A stretch of 26,365 nucleotides of DNA from Pseudomonadota bacterium. Lineage in GTDB: Bacteria > Bdellovibrionota > FAC87 > UBA2466. The first letter of the stretch is position 1. Each line of letters starts with the position of its first letter. Where the stretch lies: the NCBI GenBank assembly GCA_043718025.1, contig JAYSWN010000131.1, forward strand, positions 1-26,365, read 5' to 3'. Shown piece after piece: positions 1 to 7,908 of the stretch. The notes under the pieces are model-generated. The model was not told where the DNA came from and did no database searches. It was given only the letters and a program-made list of their open reading frames with translations. Position numbers and translations under genes: made by a program.

Positions 1-134
1 TCCCACAATCTAAAGGGCTTACTGCCCCGGCGAGTTTTGTCTTGCGGCTTGCCACCCCCGTAGCGCTGCTCTTTTGGCTTGGCTACTGGCTGTCCGGGAA
101 GTTTAAATTCTGGTTGGTTGTCGTTCGTATCCAT
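1..134 (-). CDS. Partial hypothetical protein (N-terminus only; runs off the left edge)
   Basis: Open minus-strand frame from ATG at 134 to the edge (MDTNDNQPEFKLPGQPVAKPKEQRYGGGKPQDKTRRGSKPFRLW...). A TATAGT -10-like hexamer lies 10 nt upstream. Absent from the ORF track because it has no stop in the window. Confidence 0.55.
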   Translation of the reverse strand, partial: MDTNDNQPEFKLPGQPVAKPKEQRYGGGKPQDKTRRGSKPFRLW

Positions 135-570
135 GAAGCGTCGCACTATACCCGAAACCTCTAGCGCATTTCTACTACCGCTTAACGGCTCGGCCTTAAC
201 GGCAAAACACCAGTTTCGGACTTAGCAAACCTTTCTCCACTATTTCCAGCGCTTAGGGTGCTCATTCAATATCGGCGGTGTCCGGCAAAAATCGGCTAGA
301 AAAATTTTCGCCTGAACTCGGGCTTTGGAGTGATCGTGGGCGGCGCGACCGGGGCCGTGACTTCGGCTCAGGTGGGCAATCGTTCTCCGAGTGCTTCGGG
401 CAGTTGCGGCGCGACGTTAAGCAGTTTTTATCCCGGGGTTGATCCAGTGCATCGCACAGAGAAATTCAAGACTCGATTTCACAGGAAAAGGCGTCAAATA
501 GTGTTACCTATGTTCGAGGTTGCGCCTTCGTGGAGATTGCGATGTGTGGGGAGCGTGGCGAGCCTCCTTA

Positions 571-749
571 GAGAGTGTCTCAAAAGTGGTATTTCGCCGT
601 CATTGCGCACGCAGTGCGGCTGAAGCAACCCTTTCACTCCGAGTGAAGAGGGACGTCGACAAAACCAAGCAGGCCAAAGGTTGCCGCGCCTGCTACGCAG
701 GCTCGCAATGACAGGAACGCGGTTCTACATAAGGTTTTGAGACACGCTC
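571..749. mobile_element. MITE-like non-autonomous element with IS5-family (IS1031-group-like) ends
   Basis: 15-bp terminal inverted repeats GAGAGTGTCTCAAAA (571-585) and TTTTGAGACACGCTC (735-749), 1 mismatch. Flanked by TTA (568-570) and TGA (750-752), i.e. TNA. No transposase ORF. Confidence 0.65.
598..712. repeat. CGTC-tagged palindromic (REP-like) repeat of the GTCATTGCG...CGCAATGAC type
   Basis: GTCATTGCG (599-607) pairs with CGCAATGAC (704-712); GCAACC (625-630) pairs with GGTTGC (679-684). Side hairpins: CGCAC-gca-GTGCG, TTCACT-ccg-AGTGAA and GCCTGC-tac-GCAGGC. Confidence 0.75.
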
Positions 750-834
750 TGAGGAAAGTTTCTGGCTTTGGTTTTTTTTCTTCATTTTTCCCGGAAAGAA
801 AAACTTAAAAAAAGCTCCGAGAACGCGTGGAACA

Positions 835-919
835 CTTTGCCTTTAGTTCGATTGCTGAGTCCGCCTAAATAGCACGAGCCCCGAAGTGAGGTCGTAGCGA
901 TTAAGACCAAAAGGCAAAG
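835..919. other. Long imperfect hairpin, candidate structured RNA
   Basis: CTTTGCCTTT (835-844) pairs with AAAGGCAAAG (910-919); GATTGCT (850-856) with AGCGATT (896-902, G-U pairs); inner ACGA/TCGT (874-877/892-895). Confidence 0.35.
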
Positions 920-1102
920 CGAGTGAAGTAAAGACTAGTCACGCCGCCAACGCCCGGCCTTGCTCTGCACGTCCGAACCACACCCGGGTGGAAGAGCCGC
1001 CCAACCATCACGAACAGCGTGAGAGCAACCACGCCCCGCAGCGCCCCCGTTCCACCAATCGTCAAAATGATTCCAAAATTATAGGGGAAGCAACCAACCA
1101 AC

Positions 1103-1208
1103 TGTCTAAAGTCTGTACAGTGTGTGTAAAGTTTAGACACTGCGCTAAACCCTATAAGATCTCACCGTAAATTCAGAAAGAGTCGCGGTACTGTCTAAAG
1201 ATTAGGCA
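1103..1208. promoter_or_regulatory. Three 17-bp palindromic sites, putative enhancer (UAS) for a sigma54 activator (bEBP)
   Basis: TGTCTAAAGTCTGTACA (1103-1119), TGTGTAAAGTTTAGACA (1123-1139), TGTCTAAAGATTAGGCA (1192-1208). TGT-N11-ACA geometry, about 80-180 bp upstream of a -24/-12 motif. Confidence 0.65.
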
Positions 1209-1284
1209 CCGGGCCACTAATAGTTAGTCACCGCAATTCGCCGTTAATCCCACCATTACGGTGACTTAGACAGATTTGGTGAGC

Positions 1285-1300
1285 TGGCACGCCTCTCGCA
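1285..1300 (+). promoter_or_regulatory. Sigma54 (-24/-12) promoter
   Basis: TGGCACGCCTCTCGCA: GG-N10-GC with the TGGCACG core, about 90 nt upstream of the ATG at 1392. Confidence 0.7.
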
Positions 1301-1391
1301 AAAGGGGATTCCACACTTTGAAAGAAATTTGGTGAGGTTGCGGCGGTGGCCAAAAATGGGCGCCCGTTGCTAGCCTCTATTTGGGGGTCTT

Positions 1392-2162
1392 ATGTGGAGA
1401 AGCCTGGCAATTTTGGTTTTATGTTTTGTATTGAAGGCCCAATTTGTTCTTGGCGCCGAAATACCAAAAGAGGGAGACCTTAAATTGATCGCTACCTCCA
1501 CCGAGCAGGCCGCCATCATTACCCCCGAAAAAGAGATTAAGGTCGCTATGACTACGACCGAATCATACGAGATGGCCGACGCCGCTTCGGTGTTGGGCAC
1601 CAAGCACCGTCAAGAGGTCTCGAGCGCCAACTTTGCGCTCTACCCCATGATCGGCACGTCACTGCACAACGACGGTTGGAAAGACGTGGTGAGCAACTCT
1701 TACATTGTGGGCGTCGGGGTTGAAGTTCCAGCCGCTTCTTGGCTAGGCATCGCAATTGAGGGCAGCTTCGGTGACTACGATTTGCGATATCAACAGTTCG
1801 CCACCGGTATCTTGGCCTACCACAATTTTAGTCTGTACACCGGCAGCGCCTTGGCCAAGATCTACTTCGCCGATGGCTGGTTACGTCCCTACGTGGGTGG
1901 GGGAATTGACGCACTCTACTTCGAAGGGCAGGCCGTTTCTGGACGGCGATCGCCGTTTTCGCGGTGGGTAGGGGCTTCCACGGCGGTGGCTGGAGCCGAC
2001 TTTGAATTGGCCCGCAATCTGGCAATTGGCGCTCGCGCCAGTTTTAGCCAACCGTTGCTCAATACGCCGACCGCCTTTGATCCGCTGTCGGCTTACCCCG
2101 AGGGCAACGTGATGAAGGTGTCCTACTTCCGCTTTATGGCCAACCTTCGCGTCGGTATCTAA
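1392..2162 (+). CDS. Outer-membrane beta-barrel protein (OmpA-TM/OmpW-like porin fold)
   Basis: Signal peptide; alternating beta-strand pattern; motifs LRPYVGGG, AGADFEL and LAIGARAS; C-terminal strand FRFMANLRVGI; GGGGG SD-like run upstream. Confidence 0.75.
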   Translation: MWRSLAILVLCFVLKAQFVLGAEIPKEGDLKLIATSTEQAAIITPEKEIKVAMTTTESYEMADAASVLGTKHRQEVSSANFALYPMIGTSLHNDGWKDVVSNSYIVGVGVEVPAASWLGIAIEGSFGDYDLRYQQFATGILAYHNFSLYTGSALAKIYFADGWLRPYVGGGIDALYFEGQAVSGRRSPFSRWVGASTAVAGADFELARNLAIGARASFSQPLLNTPTAFDPLSAYPEGNVMKVSYFRFMANLRVGI

Positions 2163-2195
2163 AAAAAGTTTTCTCCCAACCCAAGTAATCTGGAG

Positions 2196-2228
2196 TAGGG
2201 GCCTTCGGTGCTCTCACTGGGGCCCTTA
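2196..2228. terminator. Hairpin between convergent genes, putative terminator
   Basis: TAGGGGCCTTCGGTG-ctct-CACTGGGGCCCTTA forms a G-U-containing stem between the OMP stop and the helicase stop. No clear U-tract. Confidence 0.35.
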
Positions 2229-4193
2229 CTTCAGATTCGAAATCAATTCGCCCCAAGAACCTTTCGGCAGCTTCTTATCTTTCGGCAGTAGAAGGGTAAG
2301 TTGGTTTTTGGCGCGCGTTAGCGCCACGTACAAAAGACGTTTCGATTCTTGGGCTTCGCGCGCTTTGGCAATATCCGCCAGGCGTTCGAATTCGGGTGAG
2401 CTCACCTTTTCTTTTTCCCCGCGAAAACGAAAACCCACCGAATTTTCATCGGACCTTATCATCGCAAAGGCGGGTGGACTGCTGCGCGCTAAATCCACCA
2501 GATAAACGCTTTGGTACTCGAGCCCTTTGGCGCCGTGAACCGTAGTAAGCGTTACGCCCGTTTGGCTCGAGCCCGGTGCGAATCTTGGCGTCAAGTCTAA
2601 ACGCTTTAGCGATTCCCACCCCTCCACCACTTCGTCTAATCGGGCTTGGGTCGGAAGTTCGCCTACCCAGCTCCAAAAAGCCTCTTCAGTCGGCCAATAT
2701 TTACTTTGTGAGAATAGCGCGGTGAGCGCCTTCTCCACCCCGACGTGCCCCTCGCTAAAAAGACGCACTACCCAGCGAATCGATTCTGGTTTGGCACTAG
2801 CCCAAGCTAGAAACAGACTCTCGCCTGCGCCCAAGGTGATGGCTTCTAAATCGCTTTCATTCAGGGCCACGTAAGAAGATCGCAAAAATTCGGCGCACGT
2901 CATATCATCGTGAGGATTGGTCAAAAATTTGAAGTAAGCCATGGTGTCGACGATCGCTGGGCACCTTAGCGCCGAGATGGCTTGGGTCGTGCGCACCGCA
3001 ATGCCCCTCAGTTTTAGAGCGTCAGAAAAAGCGCCGATCCGAAGCGAAGCGCGAAATAAAATGGCGATCTCATCGGTGGGAACACCGTCGGCAATTTGCG
3101 CGCCCACCTCTTCGGCCAAGAGATCCTCTTCCTTCAATTGTTTTTCACAAAAGAAAAGGGTTCGGGCTTGGGACCCCATGGGCTCGTCGTTGCGTCCACT
3201 TTCCATACTGGTAAATGGCACCCCGGTGCCGTCGAAAAGAGGCGGCGAAACCTGGTTGAGGTAGGTTACGATTTCGCGACTGCTCCTAAAGTTATACGTG
3301 AGTTCAACCGTTTCGCCGCCCGCATCCAATACACAACGCGTGCCCTGGTCAAAGATTCGTACGTCGGCGCCGCGAAAGCCGTAAATGGATTGCTTAGGGT
3401 CTCCGACTAAAAACAGTCTATTGCCATCGCCCTGGGCCAACTCCGAAATTATCTTCCATTGGCTGGGGCTCAAGTCTTGAAACTCATCGACCAAAATCAT
3501 TTTCAGCGCCATTAGCGGCGTCTCACGGTTGGCGCGCAGAACCTTTAGCGCCTTGGCTTCCAGGTCATCGAATCCATAGCAACCTTGGGCCACCGTAGCT
3601 TGCGCCATGGCTTCGTTTAGAAGGTCAAAGAGGCGGCCAAACTCAGCAAAGAAGGGAACGCCGTCTTGGCTGGATTTATCCAGAGAGGTTTCTAGCAAGT
3701 GCCTTTTTTGAAAGGCCGCCCAGAACAGATTGTGCAGCTCGGGCAGCGAAAATTTGGAAAGCAGAGCCTTACTCTCCTGCGCTACGCCCGAGAATAAAAG
3801 TTTGGCGTACTGCTGCTCAAAGATTCGGGCGGTCTTTTCCTCGGTCAAAATCTCCGTTGGGGCGGGCAATCCTTGTGCCTCGGCCACGCTGCTGAGCAGA
3901 TTAAAACAGAACGAATGCAACGTGCCCATTTGCGAAGACATTTCTACTCGATCGGCCTGACGGGAGTCGCCGCGATCGCGTAGGCGCTTAGCGATGCGAT
4001 CGCGCATTTCGGCGGCGGCCGCGTTAGTAAAGGTCACGGTCAAAATTTCGGAAGGCGCCATGCCAACGGCGAGGCTTCGTAGGTAGCGCTCCACCAGCAC
4101 GGTGGTCTTCCCGCTGCCCGCCCCGGCCATTAATACCAACCCGACGTGAGGTCGCTCAACCGCCTGGCGCTGTTCAAAGGTTAGCTCTGCCAT
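2226..4193 (-). CDS. addA: AddA-like SF1A (UvrD-type) helicase lacking the C-terminal nuclease domain
   Basis: Motifs AGAGSGKT, TVTFTNAAA, LVDEFQD, VGDPKQSIYGFRGAD, YNFRS, TVHGAKGLEY and LLYVALTRAK. Overlaps the upstream addB-like gene by 13 nt. 655 aa. Confidence 0.8.
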   Translation of the reverse strand: MAELTFEQRQAVERPHVGLVLMAGAGSGKTTVLVERYLRSLAVGMAPSEILTVTFTNAAAAEMRDRIAKRLRDRGDSRQADRVEMSSQMGTLHSFCFNLLSSVAEAQGLPAPTEILTEEKTARIFEQQYAKLLFSGVAQESKALLSKFSLPELHNLFWAAFQKRHLLETSLDKSSQDGVPFFAEFGRLFDLLNEAMAQATVAQGCYGFDDLEAKALKVLRANRETPLMALKMILVDEFQDLSPSQWKIISELAQGDGNRLFLVGDPKQSIYGFRGADVRIFDQGTRCVLDAGGETVELTYNFRSSREIVTYLNQVSPPLFDGTGVPFTSMESGRNDEPMGSQARTLFFCEKQLKEEDLLAEEVGAQIADGVPTDEIAILFRASLRIGAFSDALKLRGIAVRTTQAISALRCPAIVDTMAYFKFLTNPHDDMTCAEFLRSSYVALNESDLEAITLGAGESLFLAWASAKPESIRWVVRLFSEGHVGVEKALTALFSQSKYWPTEEAFWSWVGELPTQARLDEVVEGWESLKRLDLTPRFAPGSSQTGVTLTTVHGAKGLEYQSVYLVDLARSSPPAFAMIRSDENSVGFRFRGEKEKVSSPEFERLADIAKAREAQESKRLLYVALTRAKNQLTLLLPKDKKLPKGSWGELISNLK

Positions 4194-6307
4194 AACTTAC
4201 CCTTTCGGCACAGGGTCAGGTACGAACAGCCATCGCAGACCGGTCCCGGCTTTGGACGCCATAAGCCCAGGCCAAATTCGGTTAAGACCCCACTTAAATG
4301 AGCTTCGCCGGCTTGCAATAATTCATTCCATTTCGAGTCGTCGACGGCGTGACCGCGGGTTATTTTTTTTAACCCCTCGGCGGAGAGTCGGTCTTTTTTA
4401 ATGAGTCCGCGGCGCAGCTCTTTTTTCTTCAAATCGTAATACAGAAACCCACTCACCGGTGCGCAAAATTGTTTTTCTGCCGCCCACACGTAGAGTGCCA
4501 CTTGATGATCTCGACCGTCGGTAATGTGATCGGGAGAAAAATCGACGTTGCCGGTTTTGTAATCGATAACCAGCAAGCTGCCGTCGCTCAGCCTATCTAC
4601 ACGGTCAATGCGGCCGGTAAAACTGGCGCCTAACCGATCGTATCTAAATGGCACTTCGAGACCAAGAATTCCATGCACTCCAAATAGCCCAAGCATTTGG
4701 TTTTCGAGCTCCGGCAGGGCGTTAGCGAGTTCACGAATCGTTTCATTCAACGAAATTCTCAAGGGGTGGTTATCCAGTAGCGTGGGAAATCTCTCGGCCA
4801 GCTGTTCATTAAAAAGGGCAATCGCGGCCTGGCCAGTGCGCTCGGGCAATAAGATCCACTTCTCTAAAGTTGAATGGGCAATTGCCCCGTAGATCAATGC
4901 GCTTTTTTGCCAAAGCTTCTCTTGCGGCTGTAGCTTTAGTCGGCGCGAAAATAGGAAATTGGCGGGGCAGGCCTCGAAGGCGGAGAGCTGACTGGCCGAA
5001 AAAACTGAGGGGGCCTTAAACGTAGTGTCCGCCCAATTTCCCCAGTAGGTGGCGTCTTTGACCGGGCGTAACTTAGCCCGTCTGGTTTCAGCGATCGCAT
5101 TTTTTCCGAGGCAGAAGAAGAGTGCCCGCCGCCCGGTAGGGGATGTCGCCTGCGTGATGAGCGCCGATAGAGAAAGCGGAGCCGTGGCGCTAACCGGAAA
5201 ACCGCTATCCCATAGCCGTTCTTTTTCCCAAGGGCTAAGCAACGACCGATCGCCGACCTGCATAGCCTGCGCAGGACTCACGGCATCATTAAAAAAATAA
5301 AGTACGGTGGTTGCCGTTAACGGAGGGTAGGGCTGAAAGGGCAGCAAACAGACGCGTTGGCCAGCTGCGCTCGTCAGTGGCGCAGAGTCGCTCTCCAACG
5401 CCGTCGCCTCGTCTTCTGAAATCAAAGCCGCGTCTTTGAGTCTTTGGGAAGGAGGGCCGACCGAGTCCTTAAGTTCGCTCTCGGTTTCGGTAAGCTCACG
5501 CCACTGCCGCTCGATGCCGAGTCGGCGCGGCCACTGCACTTGCCGGGCCTGCCGAATTTTTTGCCACGGGGTCGGCACGGCGGCATTTTCTTTGCCGTCG
5601 TCATTTAAATTCTCGTCTAGTTCTAAACCGGCGCGTGCCAGCGCCAGTTTGAGTCCCTGGCGATCGGCCGCGTTCCCGAAAAAAGCAATCGCTACGTCGC
5701 CTCGCTTGGTGGCTCGTTTCACTCGATCGGATAGTCGAAAAAAAAGAGACGACGAAGCGGCTTCTACGATCAGCGGGCGACGAGATTTTTGTGCTTCGCC
5801 GGTCAAAAGGGCTTCGTTCCAAGTCGAAAGCTGCACCGACTGGGGAAGGTGCGAGGCAAACTGGCGAGCGCACTCTTCGATGAACCGGCTGGGGGTCGAG
5901 CCATGCGGCACGAGAAAAACTTCGGCGGCATCGCTCAGTTCAGCAATCTTGGTGGGCAATGAGGCTAGCGCGCGGCATAGGTCGCCGGTGGTGTCCAGGT
6001 AAGCGGGCAAATGTTCTTTCAGCAGGGCCGCCTTTTTAGGCGAGAGGCAGGAGAAAAAAAAATCACGCTCTTCTTCGCTCTCCAGCAGAGCCGAATTCAA
6101 TTCTCTAAGGGTATTCGAAAGCCGCGTGCGTTCCCTTGGATCCGCAAAGGGGAGGGCGCTTTCAAATTTCTTTTCTGCGGTCGATAGACACTCAAGGCCT
6201 AGAAAGCCGCGCAACGACAATGCCCTAATGCCCTCCGGCGTTTGCAGACGCAGGCGCACGAAGGACTGGGCCGGAAAGTCTTCGTAAAGAATAAGCCGCA
6301 ACTCCAT
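4181..6307 (-). CDS. addB: AddB-like protein with C-terminal PD-(D/E)XK nuclease and Fe-S staple cysteines
   Basis: FSASQLSAFEACP (first Cys), YGAIAH, GRIDRVD...VIDYKTG, QVALY and terminal CDGCSYLTLC. Coupled to a UvrD-type helicase. Confidence 0.8.
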   Translation of the reverse strand: MELRLILYEDFPAQSFVRLRLQTPEGIRALSLRGFLGLECLSTAEKKFESALPFADPRERTRLSNTLRELNSALLESEEERDFFFSCLSPKKAALLKEHLPAYLDTTGDLCRALASLPTKIAELSDAAEVFLVPHGSTPSRFIEECARQFASHLPQSVQLSTWNEALLTGEAQKSRRPLIVEAASSSLFFRLSDRVKRATKRGDVAIAFFGNAADRQGLKLALARAGLELDENLNDDGKENAAVPTPWQKIRQARQVQWPRRLGIERQWRELTETESELKDSVGPPSQRLKDAALISEDEATALESDSAPLTSAAGQRVCLLPFQPYPPLTATTVLYFFNDAVSPAQAMQVGDRSLLSPWEKERLWDSGFPVSATAPLSLSALITQATSPTGRRALFFCLGKNAIAETRRAKLRPVKDATYWGNWADTTFKAPSVFSASQLSAFEACPANFLFSRRLKLQPQEKLWQKSALIYGAIAHSTLEKWILLPERTGQAAIALFNEQLAERFPTLLDNHPLRISLNETIRELANALPELENQMLGLFGVHGILGLEVPFRYDRLGASFTGRIDRVDRLSDGSLLVIDYKTGNVDFSPDHITDGRDHQVALYVWAAEKQFCAPVSGFLYYDLKKKELRRGLIKKDRLSAEGLKKITRGHAVDDSKWNELLQAGEAHLSGVLTEFGLGLWRPKPGPVCDGCSYLTLCRKGKLWQS

Positions 6308-6316
6308 AGGCCGCCG

Positions 6317-6345
6317 AGAATAGGTCTGGTCAGCCCTACTGGCAA
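6317..6345 (-). promoter_or_regulatory. Sigma70-type promoter for the addB-addA pair
   Basis: Minus strand TTGCCA-N17-TATTCT; the -10 ends 9 nt before the ATG at 6307; no SD. Confidence 0.5.
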
Positions 6346-6421
6346 AGGGGAAAACTCAAATTCCGACGGTGCGCCTTGCCAAATTGGGCGGCAACCAAAA
6401 CAATTGCCTGAGGAGGTGGCC

Positions 6422-6769
6422 GTGGTTCGACTTTCGGTGGGAGTGGGTCAGATAACGCTGCTGCTGCGGCAGGCGCAGTCTCTTCGCGAGAAGCGTAACG
6501 TGGTGCAGAGCCTAACGCAGAAGCTCAAGAATCGCGGCTTTTCCATTACCGAGTGCGGTTACCGTGATGAGCCCAAGAGAATTGTATTGGGTTTTGCCTA
6601 CGCGGCGGATACTCCCCACGCCGTGGAAGTGGCGTTCGATAATGTTTTGCCTTACTTTCTGGGAGACTTTGAAATTGTGGAGAAGAAACGAGAGATCGTA
6701 GATTTTTTCGACGGCGAGACTCTCGATATTGAACAGGCTCTCGATAATGATCCTAGAGAGCCTTATTAA
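6422..6769 (+). CDS. DUF503 (YlxP-like) family protein
   Basis: VGVGQITLLLRQAQSLREKRNVVQSLTQKLKN...FSITE resembles the DUF503 'SLKEKR' signature. Start moved to GTG 6422, after SD GAGGAGG (6410-6416). A TTGCCA-N17-AACAAT promoter-like motif lies at 6376-6404. Confidence 0.8.
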   Translation: MVRLSVGVGQITLLLRQAQSLREKRNVVQSLTQKLKNRGFSITECGYRDEPKRIVLGFAYAADTPHAVEVAFDNVLPYFLGDFEIVEKKREIVDFFDGETLDIEQALDNDPREPY

Positions 6770-6786
6770 AACCTAAAGAACTCCGT

Positions 6787-7890
6787 TTAGTAGGGTCGAC
6801 TTTTCACAATGCCGGTGAGAATCCGGCGGCTCTTATCGTCGAGATCTATAAATTCTAGGCCAAAGGCGTGGCTTAATGAGGTTACCACTCGGGCGCGTGC
6901 AATTTTTAGCACTCGGTCGCGCGAGCAGTGAATGTCAATTGCTACCACTTCACCCAGCACGGGCCTGGCTTCAAATTGATCCTCGGCATAAAAAACCAGT
7001 ACTCCGCCCACGCTCAAGTTTACGCTGTGGGAGTGTACTAAGTCTGCGCGGCCGCCCAATTTTATCTCAACCGGAAGGGTTACCCGCGCTCGTCGGTGCC
7101 TTCGTTTATTTACTAAATGAAACGCCAGCTCCCCGTTAGGGGCGGGAAAGAGAATGGTAAATTTGCGATCATTCCCATCCGACGTCACTTCGAATTCACC
7201 ACCGTGACTCGCAATCAACATTTTACAAATTACCAGCTCCGCGTCTCTGGAGTCTACGGGATAGGGGTTCATAGTTTCGTGGTAGGTGATTTCCAAATCG
7301 TGGTTTGCCCGCTGATTCATCGAAAGGGTGACGCTACCGCCAGGCTGAATGTGCTTTCCCGAGCGAATCAAGAGGGTGCAGATGACGTGGTGAACCGCAT
7401 TGGGGTCGACCACCGCCGTACAGGTTTTATCAACGACGAGACTGGGAAAAGTCTGGCGTTGAGTTAGGTACTTTTGATTGAGCGTGTAAGTGTCCATCAA
7501 CAGCTGTGCCATATCGCACTTTTGTGGCTGTAACCCCTCGCCGGCTAGAAGCTCTTCGATGAAAGTGAGATTGCGGGTCAAGGTGAGCGCGTAATCGGTA
7601 GAAATGCTAACTGAGGCCGAGGTTTCCAGGGCAATGTCGCCGTTTCCGCTGTTGGCCCCAAAATCGACAACCCCGGTGACGATGCCCATCACTTTTCCGA
7701 GCTCTTCGCAAAGGTTGCGAGACACTCTGGAAAGTGCGGCTATTTCGGCGGGAGAAGAAAAGGTTATCTTCGCCAAGGCCTGATCTGACGGACGGGCCAT
7801 CCTGAGCCCAGGTCGGGTGCCCGGCCCAGAGCCTGCCGTTTTCTTTGTCTCCGGCGATTTACCCGCCACTTTTGCTTTCACACTTTTCAT
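6787..7890 (-). CDS. Degenerate histidine-kinase-fold (DHp + HATPase_c-like) protein fused to a C-terminal PilZ domain
   Basis: PilZ motifs KRRHRR (RxxxR) and NLSVGG (D/NxSxxG), with FGLEF near the C-terminus. Kinase-like segments VDPNAVHHVICTLLIRSGKHIQPGGSVTLS and LVICKMLIASHGGEFEVTS...FTILFP. Confidence 0.75.
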   Translation of the reverse strand: MKSVKAKVAGKSPETKKTAGSGPGTRPGLRMARPSDQALAKITFSSPAEIAALSRVSRNLCEELGKVMGIVTGVVDFGANSGNGDIALETSASVSISTDYALTLTRNLTFIEELLAGEGLQPQKCDMAQLLMDTYTLNQKYLTQRQTFPSLVVDKTCTAVVDPNAVHHVICTLLIRSGKHIQPGGSVTLSMNQRANHDLEITYHETMNPYPVDSRDAELVICKMLIASHGGEFEVTSDGNDRKFTILFPAPNGELAFHLVNKRRHRRARVTLPVEIKLGGRADLVHSHSVNLSVGGVLVFYAEDQFEARPVLGEVVAIDIHCSRDRVLKIARARVVTSLSHAFGLEFIDLDDKSRRILTGIVKSRPY

Positions 7891-7908
7891 ACAATTTCCC
7901 TCGTTACC

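Noticed and set aside
269..315. Two GCCGAT boxes on the minus strand as FliA promoters for the left-edge gene
   Set aside because: The -35 partners (CCGA, TCAG) match TAAA poorly; too weak to call.
330..711. ORFs 330..623 and 520..711
   Set aside because: No recognisable motifs or SD, and both run through the MITE/palindrome; probably spurious.
751..760. GAGGAAAGT resembling the RNase P RNA 5' motif
   Set aside because: Not followed by CC, no matching 3' conserved motif, and it overlaps the element's flank.
1041..1057. TCCACCA as a tRNA or tmRNA 3' end
   Set aside because: No T-arm GTTCRA motif or acceptor-stem partner upstream.
901..1170. ORFs 901..1140 (-) and 988..1170 (+)
   Set aside because: Both overlap the palindromic enhancer sites and show no family motifs. 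A small membrane peptide cannot be fully excluded.
1357..1371. Second sigma54-like motif TGGGCGCCCGTTGCT
   Set aside because: GG-to-GC spacing is 9 nt, not the required 10.
4181..5000. Cas4 / CRISPR interpretation of the Fe-S PD-(D/E)XK domain
   Set aside because: It is the C-terminal domain of a 708-aa protein coupled to a UvrD helicase. No cas1/cas2 or repeat-spacer array is in the window.
5436..6002. 188-aa antisense ORF and the many other shadow ORFs in the track
   Set aside because: They lie opposite or inside well-supported genes and have no motifs of their own.
6242..6421. N-terminal extension of the DUF503 ORF
   Set aside because: It overlaps the addB start and promoter; a strong SD supports GTG 6422.
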